DNA of 64,000 nt from Meiothermus sp. (lineage in GTDB: Bacteria; Deinococcota; Deinococci; Deinococcales; Thermaceae), in the NCBI GenBank assembly GCA_033762915.1, contig JANRLD010000013.1:1-64000 (forward strand), read 5' to 3'. The notes under the pieces are model-generated. The model made no database searches. It worked only from the letters and a program-made list of their open reading frames with translations, and was not told the DNA's origin. Every line of letters starts with the position of its first letter. Within the stretch, counting starts at the first letter, position 1. The translations under genes and the position numbers were made by a program. Positions 35,638 through 43,680 of the stretch are shown here, piece by piece.

Positions 35638-36720
35638 TCACAACACTTCGCGGCAGGCGCGGTACAGGTCTTTCCAGCCGTTGCGTTCTTTGAGGACGGC
35701 CTCGAGGTATTCCTGGTACACCACCTTGTCCTGCACCGGGTCTTTGACGATTGCGCCCACCAGCCCCGAGGCGATGTCGGCGGCGTTCAGCACCCCGCTG
35801 CCAAAGTGCCCCGCCAGCGCCATGCCTTGCCCCACCACGCTGATGGCCTCGGCGGTGGAAAGGGTACCCGAGGGCGACTTGATTTTGGTCTTGCCGTCGG
35901 CGGTCAGGCCGTTCCTCAGTTCGCGGAAGATGGTAACCACCCGACGGATTTCCTCGAGCGCGGGCTTTTCACCGGGTAATTCCAAGGCCCGCCCCAGGCT
36001 CTCCACCCGGCGGCTGACGATGTCCACTTCTTCCTCGAGGGTGTCGGGGGTGGGCAGCACCACCGTGTTGAAGCGGCGCTTGAGGGCGCTGGAAAGCTCG
36101 TTCACGCCACGGTCTTTGTTGTTGGCGGTGGCGATCAGGTTGAAGCCCTTGACCGCCTGCACCTCGGTGTTCAGTTCGGGAATGGGCAGGGTCTTTTCCG
36201 ACAGAATGGTGATGAGGGTGTCCTGCACGTCGGAGGGGATGCGGGTGAGTTCCTCCATGCGGGCAATCTTGCCGTCCTGCATGGCCCGCACCATTGGGCT
36301 TTCCACCAGCGCTCCACGGCTGGGGCCTTCGGCCAGTAGCTTGGCGTAGTTCCAGCCGTAGCGCACCGCTTCTTCGGAGGTGCCCGCCGTACCCTGAATC
36401 AGCAGGGTGGAGTCGCCGGAGATAGCCGCCGCGAGGTGTTCGGAGACCCAGCTTTTGGCGGTTCCGGGCACGCCGTAAAGCAGCAGGGCGCGGTCGGTGG
36501 CCAGCGTCGCCACGGCAATTTCCATCAGGCGGCGGCTGCCGATGTATTTGGGAGTGACCTCGAGCTTCCCCGCCTGCCCGCCCATCAAATACTCCGTCAC
36601 CGCCCAGGGCGAGAGTTTCCAGTTGGGGGGTTTTGGCTTGTCATCAATCTTGGCGAGGGCCTCGAGTTCTTCGGCGTACTGGACTTCGGCGTGTTGGCGT
36701 AGGACGGCGGTCGGACTCAT
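35638..36720 (-). CDS. MoxR-type AAA+ ATPase, YehL-like
   Basis: GVPGTAKS Walker A, RMEELTR Walker B, ATAN, ALKRRF. Confidence 0.94.
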   Translation of the reverse strand: MSPTAVLRQHAEVQYAEELEALAKIDDKPKPPNWKLSPWAVTEYLMGGQAGKLEVTPKYIGSRRLMEIAVATLATDRALLLYGVPGTAKSWVSEHLAAAISGDSTLLIQGTAGTSEEAVRYGWNYAKLLAEGPSRGALVESPMVRAMQDGKIARMEELTRIPSDVQDTLITILSEKTLPIPELNTEVQAVKGFNLIATANNKDRGVNELSSALKRRFNTVVLPTPDTLEEEVDIVSRRVESLGRALELPGEKPALEEIRRVVTIFRELRNGLTADGKTKIKSPSGTLSTAEAISVVGQGMALAGHFGSGVLNAADIASGLVGAIVKDPVQDKVVYQEYLEAVLKERNGWKDLYRACREVL

Positions 36721-37640
36721 ACGTTCTCCCGTACTTTCTCGAGCAGGTTCTGGCGGGCAAGCATTCTGATGCTGTTGTCAGGGTCGTTAGTCAGACGTTG
36801 AAGGGTGTGGCAAGTGGTGGATGGATGCATGGCTACGCGGTAGCGGATTTCCCCATATCGGTCGCAACTCAAAACATCAAGCAAGCTCGCAGACAATGCG
36901 GGGTTTGCCACCACGCGACGGCGCACCTCCATGGCAGGGTCGACGGAGAGTTGACCTAAACTATGGACCGGCGTGTTCGGGTTACCAGCAACCTCTGCTC
37001 TGACTTCCCAGAGTGCGTCTGAAGAAAGTCGAGTCAACGTCTGTGGGGTCGTTTTTGGCGAAGCGGCGATGAATACTCTCAACCCATCCAGCGAACTCGC
37101 TGAGAAATGGTCTAGGACACTCGGGCTGGCTTTTTCCATGGTCGCGTGATTCAGCTCGACCAGCCCCTCTCGCAATAGAGCATCTCGTGTCGCCTGCGAG
37201 ATCAGTCCATATAGGAAGACGTGGGTACGGACACGAACATCGTCGCAGCGGGCCAGACGCTCCTGCACCGCAAGAGGCACTCGAGCTATATGGCGTACAA
37301 GTACGGCGTACACAACTTCCGATCTGGGGTCTTCCGCCAAGTGTTCAATGAGCGGCGGGGCCAGGTTCGGGTTCCCAGCAACCGCCTCACGCACGGTGTG
37401 ATGCTTATGGGCGGACAGCTTCTCGAGAGATGATCCGGGAGTATTACGATTTCTAGCAACCGCCTTCAGAATGTTGAACTTGCCGTGTCCAGAGAGATAG
37501 ATGAGGGTAGCGGAACTGGAATTCGGGTTGTTGGCTACAGCCAATTGTATTCCGGCATCGGCAACACGGGCCAGCTCCTCGAGCCGCACCACCGAGGTAG
37601 TTAGGCTCCTGGCCTCTTTCTTCAATGCATCTAGACTCAT
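36717..37640 (-). CDS. Leucine-rich-repeat-variant (LRV/HEAT-like) repeat protein
   Basis: Repeated VR..VA.NP.T/L units; lower GC than core genes; ATGA overlaps at both ends. Confidence 0.85.
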   Translation of the reverse strand: MSLDALKKEARSLTTSVVRLEELARVADAGIQLAVANNPNSSSATLIYLSGHGKFNILKAVARNRNTPGSSLEKLSAHKHHTVREAVAGNPNLAPPLIEHLAEDPRSEVVYAVLVRHIARVPLAVQERLARCDDVRVRTHVFLYGLISQATRDALLREGLVELNHATMEKASPSVLDHFSASSLDGLRVFIAASPKTTPQTLTRLSSDALWEVRAEVAGNPNTPVHSLGQLSVDPAMEVRRRVVANPALSASLLDVLSCDRYGEIRYRVAMHPSTTCHTLQRLTNDPDNSIRMLARQNLLEKVRENV

Positions 37641-38047
37641 GCCTCACCTCGAGACCCCTCTACAATCCGCTTCCAGCTCAGCGGTACAAACGCAGCCAAC
37701 AGCAAAATGGGTGTGGAGAAAGCCAGAGCCATCCCCATCCACTGGATAAAGTTCATTCGCATCCAACCGTTCTGACTGGTAAAAAACAATACAAACGGGA
37801 CTGCTGCCAGCACAAACACCAGCAAGGCCCAAGCCAGTCCCTCGAGGTAATTCCAACGCACTTCACGCCGAAAGCGATACCACAGCAGCGCGACCAGGCT
37901 CGAGGCCACCCAGACCAGCCCGGCAATCAGCCCCGCGAAGGCCCACATGTTTACCCGCCCACCAATCAACATCCCCAGCACCAAACCCACGCCCACGCTC
38001 ACCGCAGCGTTGAGCAAGAGCAGCCGGAACACTACGGCTGGCTTCAC
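37637..38047 (-). CDS. Small 4-TM membrane protein (cargo)
   Basis: GTG start overlapping the DUF5691 stop (GTGA); four hydrophobic segments; this is the 3' part of track ORF 37637..38353. Confidence 0.75.
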   Translation of the reverse strand: MKPAVVFRLLLLNAAVSVGVGLVLGMLIGGRVNMWAFAGLIAGLVWVASSLVALLWYRFRREVRWNYLEGLAWALLVFVLAAVPFVLFFTSQNGWMRMNFIQWMGMALAFSTPILLLAAFVPLSWKRIVEGSRGEA

Positions 38048-39606
38048 AGTGCTCCCCCTGGCTTGCTGAAGGCTTGGTGCATCCGGCGGCGGAACTCGAG
38101 GGTTTCTACAAACTTCCCAAACGCCTCGAACAGCGGGTGCTCGGGGTCGCGGAAGGCTTGGTGTAGCGGCTCGGGGATGGAGTCCAGCGCCAAGACCGGG
38201 CTGTGCAGGGCCAAGGTGGGGAGGAAAGAGGCAATCTGCCAATCGCGCTGTTTCATCTTCTGCCAGTAGGTCAGGCCAATCATCAGGCGCTGGATAAAGG
38301 CCGCCCCCATCTCGGTGCTCCAAGGCTGGGGGCAGGCTGTAAGAAGCTGCCACTCGAGGCTGTGCGGCTCGAGCGGCCCGCTGCCGGTCTTAAGGCGGCG
38401 CAGGGCTTGGGCCTGCACTTCTGGGGTGGGTAAGGCCTGCGCCGCCGCGCTGGTCTGGTGGTCGGGCAGGAGTTCCATCAGGGCAGTCGTCCAGGCTGCG
38501 TCCTTGAAGCGCACCGCCGCCGAAAGCCACGCGCCCGGCAGCACCTCCTTCCAGTCTTTTTCCCGCAGGGCCACGGGTACGAGTTCCTGCGCCTCGCCCC
38601 AAACGCTGGGGGGAACCCGCCCCACCATCTGCTGGAACCACCAGGTCTTCTCGCCCATCCCATAGGGCACGTTTTTTTGCTCAATGCCGTCCCGCGTCCA
38701 CTCCTTCTCGAACTTCTCGGGCAGGGCGATTTCGATTTTCACAGTGGGCTTTTTCCCGCTCAGGCTCGAGACCAGCCCGCCCACGATTCCCTGCGGCTTG
38801 GGTGACTCAATCCGCAAAAAGGCTCCGGCTCGAGCGGTCATCCGGCCCACCATCCGCGACCCACTCAGGCTGCCCAGCAAGTCCACGGCGGTGCTGCGCA
38901 CTTCCTTGCGCTTATCGTCGAGACAACGCTCAAGAAAATCCTCGTCTTCCAGCGAAAGCCCTACCTCGAGGGATTCCAGCAGCCTGGCCTTGGCCTCAGG
39001 GGTTTCGCCGTTCCAGGTCTCCTCGAGCTTGGCCCGTGCAGCCTGGGGGTCGCGCCCGCGCAGCCCGCGCACGTAGGCAGCCCGCTCGGCAAGGCTGCCA
39101 TCGTCCCAGATGGAGTCGGGGAGCTGGCTGGGCGTGACCCACGCGCCGTACTCGAGGAACCTGGCCGCCCAGCGCCCGCGCTCGTCCAAGACCTGCAGGG
39201 CCAGCGGGCGCAGTTCGGGCTTGAAGTGGCCTTCGCGAATGACGCGGTGCAGCCAGCCCCGCGCCGGGCGCACCTGGGCCTGCACCATCAGGCCCAGCAG
39301 CTCGCCCAGCAGTTGGGGCCTGTCGCTCAAAACGCTCTGGAAGACCTGATGCTGGGCGTCGCTCAGGGCGGGCCAACGGTCGGGCGGCGCGGGGCTGAGG
39401 GGCGGATGGGGGCTTTGCGGGGCCTGCCAGCCTGCGCCCAGGTAGCCCTGAGCCAGGGCTGCCGCGTTGAGCAAGGCTTCCTCGCGGTTGGGATGGTCGG
39501 GTAGTAGTTCGGCAAAGGGTGTGCCCGCCGCGCTGGGCGGGGCCTGTCGCTCGGTGCCCAGCAGGGCGGCGGCGGCGAGGCGTTGGTAGAAAACGTGGGC
39601 GCTCAT
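38044..39606 (-). CDS. DUF5691 family protein
   Basis: AALLGTERQ, RGRWAA, ER...R..DP.AR..L..TW..E, DEDFLE..LDDKRKEVR; ATGA overlap with SWIM gene. Confidence 0.85.
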   Translation of the reverse strand: MSAHVFYQRLAAAALLGTERQAPPSAAGTPFAELLPDHPNREEALLNAAALAQGYLGAGWQAPQSPHPPLSPAPPDRWPALSDAQHQVFQSVLSDRPQLLGELLGLMVQAQVRPARGWLHRVIREGHFKPELRPLALQVLDERGRWAARFLEYGAWVTPSQLPDSIWDDGSLAERAAYVRGLRGRDPQAARAKLEETWNGETPEAKARLLESLEVGLSLEDEDFLERCLDDKRKEVRSTAVDLLGSLSGSRMVGRMTARAGAFLRIESPKPQGIVGGLVSSLSGKKPTVKIEIALPEKFEKEWTRDGIEQKNVPYGMGEKTWWFQQMVGRVPPSVWGEAQELVPVALREKDWKEVLPGAWLSAAVRFKDAAWTTALMELLPDHQTSAAAQALPTPEVQAQALRRLKTGSGPLEPHSLEWQLLTACPQPWSTEMGAAFIQRLMIGLTYWQKMKQRDWQIASFLPTLALHSPVLALDSIPEPLHQAFRDPEHPLFEAFGKFVETLEFRRRMHQAFSKPGGAL

Positions 39607-40943
39607 GGCTGCTCCTGATGGGTCAGGTTGAAGAGATCGAGGTCTTCCGGGCTGTGGGCGCACAGGGGCAGAAAGGTCTGGCCGTCCCACTCGCCAAAGA
39701 GGTTCGGTGCGTACCCGCCGCACTGGGCCAGCAGGGCCTCGGAAAGGTTGAAGCGCGGGTGCAGCCGCACCTGCTCGCCGCCCCCGCAGCGCAGCGTCCA
39801 GGCGCTGGGCTCGCCGAGGGGCTCGAGGGTCGCGCTAAAGACCACCGGGACGCGCGTAACCCAGGGGTTCTGGGCCAGGGCCTGGCTATAGCGGTCCAGC
39901 ACGGCGCCGAACGGCTCCGCCGCGAGGCCCCGCACCCGAAGGTCGCGGCGAAGCAGCCCGCGCTTGGGCACGGCCCGAAGGGGGTAGGCGCTGGGGTAGA
40001 AGGCCAGCTCGCCCTCCCACACGTCGCCGAAGGCCAGGAACTGCTCGAAGGGCTGTTTACCGAAAGCGAACTCCAGCAACAGCGCCCAGCGCCCGGTGGC
40101 CTCGCCCCGCAGCCACGACCGCCGCGCCCGCAGGTTCTCCTCGACCTCGGTGGACTGGCCCAGCACCTGCCAGCAGTCGAGGACACCCTCCTGGGCCAAT
40201 ACTTCCTCCTGCGGCTGGCTGAACCCGATCGCGGTGCGCAGGTCGGCCTGGGTCTCGGGGGAGAGGCCCTCGAGGTGCTTGTGGCCCTGCACCAGCAGGT
40301 GAATCCGCCCCAGGCGCTGGAGCAGCCGCTCCTGCCAGCCCTCGCCGCTGGTGTGCTCGGCCAGTTCGCGCACCATGCGGGCCAGGCCAGGGGCCTGCGC
40401 GTCCACCAGGCGTTTTGCGGCGGCGTCCCAGTAGCCGTAGCCCTTGCCGGGGGCCTGGGCCAGCCCGCCACGCACCAGGTCGTAGAGCCAGAGCTGAAGC
40501 TCCTCGAGGCCCTTCTCGACCTTTTTCGCTCGAGCGGCCAGGCGTTTGGTCTGGGCGGCCTCGTCGGCGGGCTTGGGCGGCTCGGCAGCTTTTGCGGCTT
40601 TGGTCTCGGCTTTTTGGGCACGGGTCTCCAGCCACTCCGCCACCCAGGGGGGCGGGTCGGCCGTGGCAAAGCTGTCGGGCTTGGCGGCGTAGAGCAGCAG
40701 CAGCCCAATGCTGTGCTTGCAGGGGAATTTGCGGCTGGGGCAACTGCACTTGGCGCTGCCCCCCTCAAGGTCTACACGGGTCTGGTAGGGCAACTTGCCG
40801 CTGCCCTGGCACTCGCCCCAGATGGCCGCGTCGTTTCGGGCAAAGGAGACCCACTTGCTGAAAGAGGCCAGTCCGCGCCCTGCCGAGGCCGAGCTGGCAT
40901 CGGGGGCCAGCGCCAATACTCTGTCGGAAGTCCAGTTGCTCAT
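39603..40943 (-). CDS. SWIM zinc-finger protein, YehQ-like
   Basis: LAPDASS, WGECQGSGKLPY, CSCPSRKFPCKH, RLVDAQAPGLA. Confidence 0.92.
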   Translation of the reverse strand: MSNWTSDRVLALAPDASSASAGRGLASFSKWVSFARNDAAIWGECQGSGKLPYQTRVDLEGGSAKCSCPSRKFPCKHSIGLLLLYAAKPDSFATADPPPWVAEWLETRAQKAETKAAKAAEPPKPADEAAQTKRLAARAKKVEKGLEELQLWLYDLVRGGLAQAPGKGYGYWDAAAKRLVDAQAPGLARMVRELAEHTSGEGWQERLLQRLGRIHLLVQGHKHLEGLSPETQADLRTAIGFSQPQEEVLAQEGVLDCWQVLGQSTEVEENLRARRSWLRGEATGRWALLLEFAFGKQPFEQFLAFGDVWEGELAFYPSAYPLRAVPKRGLLRRDLRVRGLAAEPFGAVLDRYSQALAQNPWVTRVPVVFSATLEPLGEPSAWTLRCGGGEQVRLHPRFNLSEALLAQCGGYAPNLFGEWDGQTFLPLCAHSPEDLDLFNLTHQEQP

Positions 40944-41143
40944 AAGCGTGCGTTGCGGTCGGGGGAAGGGACGGTTCGGGGCTGGTCTGATTATGTAAAA
41001 AACATAATTTACCATTACCCTAATGTCAACAGCCCGACCGTTACCTTAAACCCGAAGGCCCATCCACGCTAACAGAAAAGCCCCGTTTTTCCGGTGAAAA
41101 AGACCTTGATGGTTTCTAAAACTCTGGGACGAGTTTGCCGCCG

Positions 41144-41177
41144 CGTTACCCGCACGTTACCGCCGCTTGGCTAAAGT
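41144..41177 (+). promoter_or_regulatory. Heptamer direct-repeat box plus -10 (type I)
   Basis: CGTTACC-cgca-CGTTACC-10nt-TAAAGT. Confidence 0.75.
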
Positions 41178-41225
41178 CGGTTGGCAGTAGCCCCTGTTTG
41201 AGGTTGAGTCAAGAACGGAGCCGCC

Positions 41226-42068
41226 ATGACACACCCTAAAACCCCCCACCACGCCGGCGATTTTCAACCTTTGGCCCGTCGACTCATCTCAGTGATTTTG
41301 CTTCTGGCCATCGCCAATGGGGGCTTTTTGTATCTGCTGCCCGGCTTGGCCAAAGAGCACTACGCCTGGGCCATTCAGCCCCCCATCAACGCGGCCTTTA
41401 TGGGTGCGGGCTACGCGGCGGGCATCGTGGCAACCGGGCTGGCTTTTTTCCTCACCCGCCACTGGCGCTCGGTGCGTCCGCTGATGCCGGCTTTTTTCGG
41501 GCTGGGCCTGACCCTTCTGCTCTCGACTCTGCTGCATGCGGGGCGCTTCAAATGGGACTACCCGCTGACCTGGGTTTGGACGCTGGTGTATCTCCTTATT
41601 CCCGTTGTGGCCGTGGTGATTTGGCACTGGCACGAGCGGGATCAAGTGGCCAGACCGCCCGACCCCCGCCTCGAGCACGTCCGCCAATCTTCGCAGGTGT
41701 TGGGGGCTTTGTTGGGGGCGTTTGCGCTGGCCCTGTTCGCAGTGCCGCAGCCCTTTGTGGAGGTCTGGCCCTGGCCCACGACCCCGCTGCTGGCTCGAGT
41801 GTTTTCCGGCTGGTATCTGCTGGTGGCCTTAATCTTCCTCACCGTAGGCTTCGGTTTGCAGCAAGCCCGCGAAGTTCCCATCGCTTACCTGACCACGGCG
41901 GCTTGGGGCGTGCTGTCGCTCCTGCTGTTGCTGCTACATCCCGAAAGCCTGCGGGTTGGATGGGGCTTGTGGGCCTGGGCGGGGCTGCACACGGCTGTGC
42001 TGTTTTTCAGCGGCTGGGCCACAGCCCGAGCCCTGCGGGTGATGCGGCTCGAGGGGCAACGTCTGTAG
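41226..42068 (+). CDS. Multi-pass membrane protein, unknown function
   Basis: Internally duplicated WAI.PP/WPW.TP TM repeats; GGAG RBS. Confidence 0.85.
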   Translation: MTHPKTPHHAGDFQPLARRLISVILLLAIANGGFLYLLPGLAKEHYAWAIQPPINAAFMGAGYAAGIVATGLAFFLTRHWRSVRPLMPAFFGLGLTLLLSTLLHAGRFKWDYPLTWVWTLVYLLIPVVAVVIWHWHERDQVARPPDPRLEHVRQSSQVLGALLGAFALALFAVPQPFVEVWPWPTTPLLARVFSGWYLLVALIFLTVGFGLQQAREVPIAYLTTAAWGVLSLLLLLLHPESLRVGWGLWAWAGLHTAVLFFSGWATARALRVMRLEGQRL

Positions 42069-42091
42069 CCGAACGGTTGGCACAACCTTCA

Positions 42092-42125
42092 CGTTACCCT
42101 CGCGTTACTGCCCTTCATCTATCTT
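42092..42125 (+). promoter_or_regulatory. Heptamer direct-repeat box plus -10 (type I)
   Basis: CGTTACC-ctcg-CGTTACT-10nt-TATCTT. Confidence 0.75.
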
Positions 42126-42176
42126 GGCTTTTAGAACGACGAGCAGGGTGGCTCGAGTTCTTATACGAGGTGAACT

Positions 42177-43550
42177 ATGAAGCCTAAAGGCAAACACGCG
42201 GTTGTGATCGGCGCAAGTATGGGCGGACTGTTGGCCGCACGCGCATTGACAGAGCATTTCGAGCGGGTGACCATTCTGGAGCGCGACCACCTCCCCCAGA
42301 TCGGCCACAACCGCAAGGGCGTTCCACAGGGCCAGCATGCCCACGGGCTGCTGGGACGCGGGCGCGAGGTGATGGAACAGTTCTTCCCCGGCCTGACCCA
42401 GGACCTGGTGGCCCAAGGGGCACTCTCCGGCGACACCCAGGACATCGTGCGCTGGTACGCGGGCGGCGCGGTGCTGGCCTCGGGCCAGAGCGGACTGGTG
42501 GGCCTGGCCGTGAGCCGTCCGCTGCTCGAGGGCTACATCCGCCAGCGCCTGATGGCGATGCCCGAGGTAGGCTTGATCGAAAACTGCGAGGTGCTGGGCC
42601 TAACCCATAGCGAGGATTTCAGCCGCGTGACCGGCCTGCGGGTGCTACAGCGCAGCTTGGGGGGCTTGGAAGAACACTGGAAAGCCGACCTGGTGCTTGA
42701 TGCCAGCGGGCGCGGCTCCCAGAGCCCGCGTTGGCTCGAGGCGATGGGCTACCTCAAGCCTGAGGAGGAGCGCATCAAGATTGATGTGGTCTACGCCACG
42801 GCCCACTTCCGCCGTCTGCCCGACGAGCGCAACTCGGTGGTGGTGGCCCGCTCCGAGTATTGCCCGCGCGGCGCGGCCATGATTGCTCAGGAGGGGGATC
42901 GCTGGATTCTCTCGATCGGCGGTTTCTTGGGCGACCACCCTCCCACCGACCTCGAGGGCTTCCGGGCCTACGCACTCGAGTTGCCCTCCCCCGAGGTCCA
43001 CGCGGTGGTGAACCGAGGCGAGCTACTGGGGGAAATCGTGGCCTTCAAATACCCCGCCAGCCTGCGCCGCCACTACCAAAAACTCGGCCGTTTTCCGCAG
43101 GGCTATCTGGTCTTCGGGGATGCGCTGTGCAGCTTCAACCCGGTCTACGGACAGGGCATGACCAGCGCGGCCCTGCAAGCCCTGGCGCTAAGGCTCGAGC
43201 TGGCCAGGGGAACCCAGCAACTGGCCCATCGCTTCTTCAGAGCTGCCAGCGCGGTGGTGGACACTCCCTGGCAGATCGCCGCCGGTAATGACCTGAACGA
43301 CCCCCGCATCGAGGGCCAGCGCACCCCCAAGATGCGTTTTGTGAACTGGTACCTGGGCAAGCTGTTCCCGGTAGCCCAACACGACCCCGCCGTGGCCAAA
43401 GCCTTCCTCAAAGTCACCAACCTGGTGGCCCCGCCCCCTAGCCTGATGATGCCCGCCATCGCCCTGAGGGTGTTGTGGGGGAACATCAAAAACGGCCTCG
43501 GCCGCAACCCCCAACCCCTGGCCCAGCCACCAAAGACTCGATCAGTCTAG
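42177..43550 (+). CDS. FAD-dependent monooxygenase/epoxidase-like protein
   Basis: VIGASMGG, GVPQGQHAH, DASGRGS, GDALCSFNPVYGQGMT. Confidence 0.92.
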   Translation: MKPKGKHAVVIGASMGGLLAARALTEHFERVTILERDHLPQIGHNRKGVPQGQHAHGLLGRGREVMEQFFPGLTQDLVAQGALSGDTQDIVRWYAGGAVLASGQSGLVGLAVSRPLLEGYIRQRLMAMPEVGLIENCEVLGLTHSEDFSRVTGLRVLQRSLGGLEEHWKADLVLDASGRGSQSPRWLEAMGYLKPEEERIKIDVVYATAHFRRLPDERNSVVVARSEYCPRGAAMIAQEGDRWILSIGGFLGDHPPTDLEGFRAYALELPSPEVHAVVNRGELLGEIVAFKYPASLRRHYQKLGRFPQGYLVFGDALCSFNPVYGQGMTSAALQALALRLELARGTQQLAHRFFRAASAVVDTPWQIAAGNDLNDPRIEGQRTPKMRFVNWYLGKLFPVAQHDPAVAKAFLKVTNLVAPPPSLMMPAIALRVLWGNIKNGLGRNPQPLAQPPKTRSV

Positions 43551-43658
43551 GTGTCTGCATAGCCAACCTGCGAAGCGCCGACCCCAGACGTAGGGAATTG
43601 CGCTGGGTACGTAGCTGCCGCGTCCGCCGCTTTCGTAAATCTACCCTGGCGCAACGTA
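43548..43658 (+). mobile_element. Family 1 palindromic element, diverged copy B
   Basis: TAGGTGTCTGCATAG...TGCGAAGCG...TAGGGAATTGCGC...CGCTTTCGTA...TGGCGCAACGTA; begins at the TAG stop of the monooxygenase. Confidence 0.65.
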
Positions 43659-43680
43659 AACACAGGGGCATAATAGAACC

